A stretch of DNA of 59,683 bases, the filler included, from Squatina squatina (taxonomy: Eukaryota): the NCBI GenBank assembly GCA_031763465.1. It is 4 parts of 4 records of this genome, joined end to end, with 100 filler letters (N's around TTAATTAATTAA, not from the genome) between each part and the next. Parts side by side here need not be neighbours in the genome. Positions count along the whole stretch, not along the records: positions 46,312 to 59,683 come from JARFOE010000072.1; 3 more parts are not named here. One strand, written 5' to 3'. Positions within the stretch are counted from its first letter, which is position 1, and each line of letters starts with the position of its first letter. The position numbers and the translations under genes were made by a program. Under the pieces are notes generated by a model. It saw nothing but the letters and a program-made list of their open reading frames with translations. It had not been told where the DNA came from and made no database searches. Positions 51,109-59,683 of this stretch are shown piece after piece.

Positions 51109-54100
51109 TAGTTTATGAAAGTTCAGTGTTCGAAGATTTATAAAGAGTAGCTATGAATTAGTTATAGGATACTGTGCCACTTTTCATTTCTAGTTTTCAT
51201 TGGAAGATCTCCAAGAGGGGGGATATTGATAGGCCATTAATTCCACTAAAACTGTTGGGTAAATTACACTTTCATAGGGGAAAACATATTAGCAGATTGA
51301 CATACAGCACTAGCAGAGCTTATCTGTTAAGTGACACTAGACTATAATGAACTGGTTGACAGGGAATTGAGAGCTTATCCTTTCTTGATCTGAATCTCAA
51401 AAGACTCTCATTGATTTCAGGGGGTAAACTTGTGAAAAGTAAATGCAATTCAGTCTTCTCTTTTCCTTGTGTGCATGTGTTTTGTGCAGAACAAGTTACT
51501 TTCTAAAAGCCACGTTATTCTCAGGGTTGAGAGAAAGCAAACAAATGAAAAAAAGAGATTTACAAAATTATTTTACCTCCAGGCTAAAATCTTCATCATG
51601 GCCAATTAAACAGAGAATATCTCACTGCTAACATTGAGCTATGCGTTTTTGTTCACTCGTGAAAGAATCATAACTCATGGGCACCACAGGTGTAATTGAG
51701 TTATGAGTCTTTCACGTGAATGAAAGGATGCCTGTTACTCAAGATCAGCAGTAAGATTTCAACCCTGACTTTCCGTTTCAAAAGCACAGATGCAAATTTA
51801 GATTCAAAGCTGTGCCCCATTGTACGTGGCATGCACATGTATACAATCCTGATACGTCTTTCTGCAGGCAGCTATGAATTGCACGTTTGCAAATTTGCAT
51901 ATTTCACATGGTGTCGTTGTCATTTTCTCTCTCCTGTGAATTACCATCCGCTATTGTGTGCTCCAATCTACCGCATAGTCTGAAAAACTGTTTNNNNNNN
52001 NNNNNNNNNNNNNNNNNNNNNNNNNNNNNNNNNNNNNNNNNNNNNNNNNNNNNNNNNNNNNNNNNNNNNNNNNNNNNNNNNNNNNNNNNNNNNTCTTTTA
52101 AAATGGATGTTGGGCAAATCCGCAATCTCCTCTGTTTCCTGATTGGCTAAGTGTCAGGAAGTGAAAGGAAAACTGCCCCACGTGATCCCAGGTTCGCATA
52201 TGCACAATGGTGCGCTCCTGGGCTCCACGGGCACTACACTGCGCATAGCTCTGCAGCGTTTGAGAGCAAGTTCTCGAAGTGGGGTTTGCACAAGGTAAGT
52301 GCGGATTTCTCTCACAAATCCCCTTAGCTGTGCCACCGACTGCACCTTCAGGGCCATTATGTCAATTCATGCCCTTGATTACAAAGTTCTGCAGAGAGCA
52401 CCGCTAAGGAGCTGATGTGGTTACTTGTGATCATTTATGACTCCGACTAGATCAGAGCAAAATATTTGTAAAATTATTTTTTTTAAACTTTTATTAATAA
52501 AGCTGTTACAATTGGTGTAGATTATAATGTACATTTTGATTTGATAATTCTTACACTTATTGGACGTGTAAGGCCAAAGCTCTCCTTTTATCTGTTTTTC
52601 CTGAACTAATGAATAAAAAGAAGTGTGTGCAAATTAAGTACTGTGTTTACATGAACTTTAAAAAGTAATTTGCTACCTGTGAAGTGCTTTCGATGTTCTG
52701 ATGACGTGAATGTTGCCACCTAAATATAACTCTTTCTTCTACTGCAGCATATTTACAAACAAATATGTGGGACACTTTAGCGACCAAATTGACATGCATG
52801 TTAACCACGTAGACTCACCAACTACACCAGGGAATGACAAGATATGATAACCAAATATGGATGCATATATATGCAGATAGTTTGTCACATCATCATTTTT
52901 CAAAATTTATTGGCTCAAATTCATTTTCAAATAAATTGCATGTTTAAGTTAAAAATCAAGTCACCCCTCCAGCTGCAATAAGAAAAAATAAATCACCATG
53001 ACGCACGTTGGTGTGATGTGGCATTAAAGGTTACTCCAGGGAGAAATTCGAAATGGCTTCCAGGTTTCCAACCAAAAGCCTCAGCCATCATTGAAATCAA
53101 ATTAGAAATATATGCCACTGTTAATCATTTTTAGGACCTATATAAATTTATTGCCTATAAATGGTCTTTATGGGACAGTGGTACTTTCTTTTCCTTAAAT
53201 TTAAATATTGAATATCACTAGAACCCGCATTCAATTTAAAAGGTTGTCAAAGGAGGAGATTCATATTAAAGAATTTTAAGAATTGTGGGGTGAATTTTCC
53301 AGATTTTCTTCTGTTTCTAATGGTGTATCGACATCCTGGTAGAGCAGTACTATGTGCGTTGAATAAACTGTTCCTTATGGATAAAGGTTATCACTTTCCA
53401 GGTTTATGATGTCTGAAACAGATTTGCAAACCTGCCATGAAAACCCCATTTAAGCTTAGTAAGTGTATGGGACAAGAGAATATTCAATTAAAGCAGGCCA
53501 TGGTGCAGTGCCTGGTCATTTAAAGAGCCTGTACATGTCACTTCCAAGCCTAGACAAGAGTTATTATGCTTTTTATGTTCATCATGGGTGCCATCATCAT
53601 TACAGATGAGAGACAGGGATCAATGGGCAAGTCAGGCATGACAGCACAATGCTTTCAGTAGAAGAAAAGGAGGAAGAAATTGGGCTACATTCACCTCCCG
53701 TTAGCGCCTTCCAGGACGCAAATGAGTTTGCGACTGGACACAGCGAGAACTGTGCCTCCTGCTAAATTCGGCAGGAGTCTTGCGGCGGTGGTAAGACGTT
53801 GCGCCCTGCTCTGGTGCTCCCAGTGATGCTGATGTCATCACCGTGCGCAGTGTCCCAGAATAAAAACTGGCTCTTGTCCCCTGGTTGCGCGCCTGGCACT
53901 GACAACGACAGCTTCAGCAGACAGGTTTCAGTCAGATGTCGGCTGGAGGAGCGCTATTTAAAGGCACCAGCATCCGGTTAACTTTTAATCAGCCAATAAT
54001 GGTTCCTTCTTCGTTTCACATAGGCAGACGGGCGTTTCACCTGATTTCAGTGATTTGCAGTTGAAGGAGTGTTTTGGCTCATAAAGATTTGTGACTTTCA

Positions 54101-55005
54101 TTGAGGGCAGATTTGAAAGTCCAACATTTATATCTTTTCGTGGGGTTTGTGCGGGCACTGGATCTCGCGCTCCAGCATCAATGTCGGNNNNNNNNNNNNN
54201 NNNNNNNNNNNNNNNNNNNNNNNNNNNNNNNNNNNNNNNNNNNNNNNNNNNNNNNNNNNNNNNNNNNNNNNNNNNNNNNNNNNNNNNGGGCTGACTAGAA
54301 ATTACCTTACAAATAAGATTCACAAAATAATCCACAAATTAATGCAATGGCAAATAAACACATGGCAACTAATGTTGCTACATTCACATTCAGGAAATTC
54401 ATTTTGGTGTCATTATATTTTTGGCGTCATTTAAATATTTGATGTAACTGCTGTACTTTCCTATCACTTTACAATATGATGAGTTGTTCTCCCTACTGTG
54501 CTTTTGGTTTATTATGTAAATGAAGACATGTTGTTATTTTAGCTTGGCCCTGCTAAACTGGACTGGACATCTATTTTTCTTCCTCGAAGAAAGGCTGAGT
54601 CGAGGGACGTACCGCACCGCAATAGCTTTTAAAATTAAAATGATTCATGCGCTAAAAGCCACTAAGATGGGCTGTTTGCTTTTGAATCTAATTTTACACT
54701 TGCAGTTCCTGTGGAGCATCCTCAGGCAGACCTGTGTATCAGCTTCAGGCACAGTGCAGAATAGAAAATGAGCCTGAGTGATGCTGCCGACATAAACGCC
54801 TTTCTTTCTTACCGAGGTCAGAGATGCTGCCGGTTTGCAATAAAAATCCCTACTCCTACTGGGCTTTTAAACAATTATCAGGTCAATGAAGATAAATAGC
54901 ACGTCATTTTAAATTATCATCCCAGTGTTCTTTCTCCCTGTCTGTGAAGGTTTAATTGAGTAACTATTTTACAGCCAAATGAATGCCGGATCAGGAAACA
55001 GCACT

Positions 55006-57045
55006 GGGCCAGATTTTAATGAGCAGGAGCGTGTGGGTTTGGGAGTGAGTGGGTAGTTAAAAAAAATGGCAAAATTGACAGCGCATCCGGAAGCCAGCTC
55101 CAACTGACCTCCGCAGTTCACAGCAGCCATTAGGCCAGTGTGAGCAACGTCCTCTGGAGAGATGGGTTGTCAATTGAAATATGTTAATCGCTCAATCAGA
55201 ACGACATTGACATGGGTTTTCAAATTTAACTTTGGGTGCATGGGTTTTCTGGGCTTCCTGGCACTCGCCTGTGAAAGCAAGGCGAGAACATAATGGCAAT
55301 TGAGGGGGCTGAAGCCATGACAGGGAAATACGCCAATTATACTCAGTACTCACAGCTGCTTTCTTACCTGCTTGTGCAAAAGCGTTTGTTCATAGTACTT
55401 GTAGGAAGCGGTTACTTTACACACTTTGGAGGAGTCATCTGCACTTTGGAGGTCTGATCTGCACATTGGAGCTCTGACCTATCAGATCAGCATGGGTGCC
55501 GCTTACTCTGCGTGAGACTGGACTTCAGATGAGGTTCAAGATGACCAGCACCAGCAGCACCAACGCCAGCACCAGCAACATAATGCTGCTCAAAGATCTG
55601 TAGCTCCACAGGAGAGGCGCAGTTCGCAGGAGGCCATACCCAGCACACAGGGTCTACAGGCAGAGGATAAGCTCCCTCGACATGTCTGAACACCAGTGTC
55701 TCAGGAGGCTCATGGTATCGTGTCAGATGGTGGCAGACGTTTGCAGTCTGCTGGAATAAGACCTTCTGCCTGCTGGATCTGGTGGCCACGCTTTAGCAGC
55801 GGCTGTCAAAGTCACCATTACTCTCAACATTTTTGCCTCTGGATCCTTCCAGAGTTCTGCAGGACACATTTGCAGGATCTCACAGTTGGCGGCCCACAAA
55901 TCGTAAGACAAGTGACTGATGGCTTGTTTGCCAGGACCACCAGTTCGGTCAACTGAAATTACACCAGTCAGAATGAGCAGGTGCTTGGGGTTGTGCTTCT
56001 GACTAGCTTCCCACCGGCGCCGGGCAAAATCGACTGCATGGCAAACAAAGCATCCATAGATCACCCAGGAGTGTTTTTCAATTGCAAGGGTTTCAACTTC
56101 TTCAATGTGCAGCTGATGTTCAACCAGCAGGTGTGCACAGCATTCCCGGGCAGCTGCCATGATGATTTTGTCCTGTTGCAGTCCACTCTCCCAGACGTCT
56201 TTGCTCCTAGAAGTAGAGTTATCGGCTGGCTGCTCGTAGCCAAGGATATCCACTTCAAACGTGGCTGATAACGTCTCCCAGAAACCCGAGGAATGAGGCC
56301 CCAGGAGTGAGACAATGAATGCCACCAGCAGATCTGTCATCGAACAAGCCATTGGCTGAAGATGCACTTCAGGTGTCTGGACAGGTCTGGAGGAGTCCTT
56401 CAGAACGCACCATCCAGGGTGTCTCGAATGGTCGTGGGGTGCTGCACTCTGTTCAACTTTGTGCAGTTTGGACCTGCAGGAGGAACAAGAAGCAGAGCAC
56501 AGAGCTTTCTCAGAGGATTCAGAGGAGGAGGAAGAGGAGGGAGATGAGGAGGCGGAAGGTGATATGGGTAATGCACCTCCAGTGGCGCACATGGATGCCC
56601 GAGGCGTCTCTTAATTTCCATCTTAATTCATGTCTTCCCATTCATCATCACACAATTGAAAAGGCTATTTGCCAGCCAGCAACCAAGAATGGGCAAGACA
56701 GGAAAGCAGTGCAAAATAACAATATATATGTGCTTCAAATACTTCAGAAACTTAGCACTTTAACAATGTCTAACACACCCATGTGCATACCCGTGTGCAG
56801 TGACAAATTTTTACTCTTCCTTTTCCTAGCACTTCTATATGGTGTGACCCCTGTGGCTTCAGCTGTGGGAGAGGCAGGCTGCTCAGATCCCTGTGCTGAC
56901 TGTTGAATTACACTTGACTGATGTCCTTTGGGTTTTGGAGCCCATGAGAACCCGGCCAAAGACTGCTCCACTTGCACATGTGCAAGCATGGACTCGGCCA
57001 TTGGGACATGAGGCAGCACATGGGGTGCTGAAGAGACAGCATGTG
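55006..57045 (+). mobile_element. Decayed autonomous PIF/Harbinger DNA transposon
   Basis: Putative left end GGGCCAGATTTTA (similar start at about 59568), transposase remnants on +, and a convergent second ORF end on - at 56744-57040. Confidence 0.75.
55492..56590 (+). pseudogene. Harbinger (HARBI1-like, DDE) transposase pseudogene
   Basis: AVKVTITLNIFASGSFQ, SFPPAPGKIDC, FFNCKGF..NVQL, FPGSCHDDFVL, GWLL and RSVIEQ..FRCLDRSGGVLQ..VSRMVVGCCTLFN, broken by frameshifts and stops, with an acidic tail. Confidence 0.88.
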
Positions 57046-57064
57046 CGGTGTTGACTGAAAGGGG

Positions 57065-57117
57065 ACCGATTAGCCTGACATCAGGAGTAGGGAAAATGCT
57101 GGAATCTATTATAAAGG
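57065..57117 (+). mobile_element. CR1 RT fragment
   Basis: PISLTSGVGKMLESIIK. Confidence 0.7.
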
Positions 57118-58171
57118 NNNNNNNNNNNNNNNNNNNNNNNNNNNNNNNNNNNNNNNNNNNNNNNNNNNNNNNNNNNNNNNNNNNNNNNNNNNNNNNNNNN
57201 NNNNNNNNNNNNNNNNNGTTGAGGAAATTACTTGGCAGAAATAGTCCCAATAAAAATAATCATGTATTACTCAAACACTGCAGAGACTACGACCATGTAC
57301 GATGAGTGGACTATCACTGAGAAAATAACTCTTGTGCCCATGGACTTGGCTTATCAGTGCCTCATCCTTGTTTGTTAATCCTCAGCCAGAAAGTAAGCTT
57401 GTGGTTAACTTTGATTTCACTGAGCTCGCCCATCTTTAGTTCAAACAAAGGATTATTGTCAATTTAAAACCACAAAAGACTATTTTTTAGTGTCTTTTTT
57501 TTCTTCTTCTGTGGTTTAAATTCATTAGAGTTTTACAGGATGTCTTCTTATAATAATCTGTAGATGTCATGAGACAGAAGACATTAGAAATTCAGTAGTC
57601 AGTGAGTTAAACTAATTATAGGACCACAACGCAGTAAGATGACAGCCACAGAATTGCTTGTCGGAATAATGTTCCATAGCTCATCTCACAAACACAATAA
57701 GGAAGAGGATTATAAAAAACCTAATTAGTCTCATCATTTACGGAAGTCATTTCTGCCACATTGCAAATCATAGGATTTGGACCCTGTCCATTCATCAGTA
57801 TCTGGCCTCTCTGGATTTGAGCACTAATGGAATTCTATTATGTTTTGTGTAGGTTGAATGCCCTGGTTAGTCTTTTTTTTACATGATTTGCATTATGTGT
57901 GAAGCTTTGTGCGCAAGGCATGTTGCAATCACAGTCTGTAAGCCATGAAAGCAAATTATACCAGTTACTGTACAGAAATTATTAACTCTACTTCTCAGAC
58001 TTAGCTTTTGACATGCTGTTGTCCACAGCATCTGACCAGAAAGTCAAAACTGGCATTAAACTCTGTTTCCCATTTGCACTAATTGGAAGAGTGGCAACAT
58101 TTCCAGAAAAGAATAAAAACTCGGTGTATGATATGGGATTCAATATGGGAAACAATTGAGAAAGATGAAGT

Positions 58172-58345
58172 AAAAACAGAAAATGCTGGAAATACTCAGC
58201 AGGCCAGGCACTGTTCAGAACTGTTGAAAGGTCATCGACTTGAAACATTAACTTGGTTTCTCTCTCCACAGATACTACCTGAGCTGCTGAGCATTTCCAG
58301 CCTTTTCTATTTTTGTTTCAGATTTCCAGCAGCCGCAGTATTTTT
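58172..58345. mobile_element. Penelope-like inverted-repeat element remnant (hairpin)
   Basis: Arm AAAAACAGAAAATGCTGGAAATACTCAGCAGGCCAGG (58172-58208) pairs with CCTGAGCTGCTGAGCATTTCCAGCCTTTTCTATTTTT (58278-58314), around a central GAAAGGTCATCGACTTGAAAC. Confidence 0.65.
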
Positions 58346-59629
58346 TGTTTTTTGCACATAAGATGCTTGTATTTTGATTTGAATGGTTTGTTCCCTTCTC
58401 TCAAGTACCTCAGCAGACAAAACATCCATATTCTGAAGCTAGTGGATCAAAACAAGCAAACAAGCTGGCCCATTTTCTGTGACTGACCATAGTTTGAACA
58501 TTATATACCATGATAAAAAGAAGCAAGTAACATGAAACATTACAGCAACAAGTCTAGTCTCATGTACAACCTATCTTTTGTACAACCATCTTGAATTGTT
58601 GTTTTAAGTCTGCTTGGAATCTAATGAAGAATGTTATCATATTATGGTCGCTCTTCCCCAAGGGGTCNNNNNNNNNNNNNNNNNNNNNNNNNNNNNNNNN
58701 NNNNNNNNNNNNNNNNNNNNNNNNNNNNNNNNNNNNNNNNNNNNNNNNNNNNNNNNNNNNNNNNNNNGAGTGAATCATGGAAAAGTAGGAGTATGCAAAG
58801 AAGTGAGATGTGAAAGAAAAGAAAGGACCATCTGTTTTCTATATAATCAATGCACACCTGAGGGAATAGATGAAGCAGCGTTAAATGTTTTGATGCAACA
58901 TCTTAAGACTCAGCTTCACTCCAATTCTCTCTGGCCTGAGATCTACAATTAAATAGCCTCTCTGGAAGAATCTATTAAAGTTCAATGATTTAATGTAAAT
59001 GTCTACTGGATCGAGTGGTGTAAATCAATTTCATGCAGGGAGCTGAGAGACATATGCTTTCAAGCATATCTGTATACAATGCTAATGCATTCTGTACACT
59101 GCATGTTTCACAGAGTGCCTTTTATCAGGGATTAATAGCTGGACAGAATGAAAAGGGCGGACTAGTAAAATTTCATAAAGGTTGGTTCTATTAGTGGNNN
59201 NNNNNNNTTTTTTATGAGTCCCATTATAGTAACAGCTGCATGCAGAAGGAGATAGACAGAACTAATGATTGCATCTGCTTTCAACACAGTCCACTGTAGA
59301 TGAGTAATTAGAATGCACGAAACTAAAATAAAAATGTTCAGTTCCAAAAACTGAACCCAGAATAATAGAGATGGCATGTTTCTAATCAAAGAATATCCAT
59401 TATGACATACTTGAGACGTATGAAAGAAAAAAGCAAGCTAAAGCAAAGTTGACTCAGATCTCAGGCAAATATTTTAAGTTCTCCTTCTGGGTTATTGTCT
59501 TTGTCATGCAATATGCTGCTTTAGTAACTTACCTGATATTAGAAAGCAAAAATCTACTGATTCTTAAGGGCCAATTTTAACCCAGAGGCAGGTAGGCAGT
59601 TAAAACAGCCACAAGAACTTACCCCCTCC

Positions 59630-59683
59630 CCTCACCCAGAGAGTGGTGAACCTGTGGAATTCTCTACAGAAGGTAGTTGAGGC
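59630..59683 (+). mobile_element. CR1 3' fragment at the window end
   Basis: TCACCCAGAGAGTGGTGAACCTGTGGAATTCTCT is identical to the copy near 29540. Confidence 0.8.

Noticed and set aside
55487-56592. 289-aa and other minus-strand ORFs; domesticated HARBI1 gene
   Set aside because: These are antisense shadows of a frameshifted transposase. The + strand copy is broken, so it is not the host HARBI1 gene.

Overview
This is a vertebrate genomic window, most likely from a cartilaginous fish (shark/ray-like, judged from its CR1 LINEs, Deu-domain SacSINE1-like SINEs, Penelope-type hairpin and Harbinger elements). The assembly is highly fragmented: 1-3 kb contigs joined by fixed 100-N and 10-N gaps. 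Three synthetic TTAATTAATTAA linkers (13569, 26045, 46256) split it into four blocks that are probably unrelated. Block 1 holds a CCSER2-like exon and a SEC24C exon (both minus strand). Block 2 holds three RIMS2 exons, including the RIM2-gamma first exon. Block 3 holds a divergent KCNJ1-like/KCNJ5-like pair and one CACNA2D2 exon. Block 4 is mostly repeats, plus a decayed Harbinger transposon and a viral envelope-like fragment. The best leads are an in-frame TAA in the KCNJ1-like gene that removes the conserved YDNPxF/ETKM tail, the env/fusion-glycoprotein-like fragment, a degenerate hammerhead motif in a Penelope-like hairpin, and two head-to-head CR1 copies. I cannot support a coherent novel multi-gene system. 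Gene and repeat names come from recalled protein and repeat sequences, not database searches, and adjacency across gaps is unreliable.
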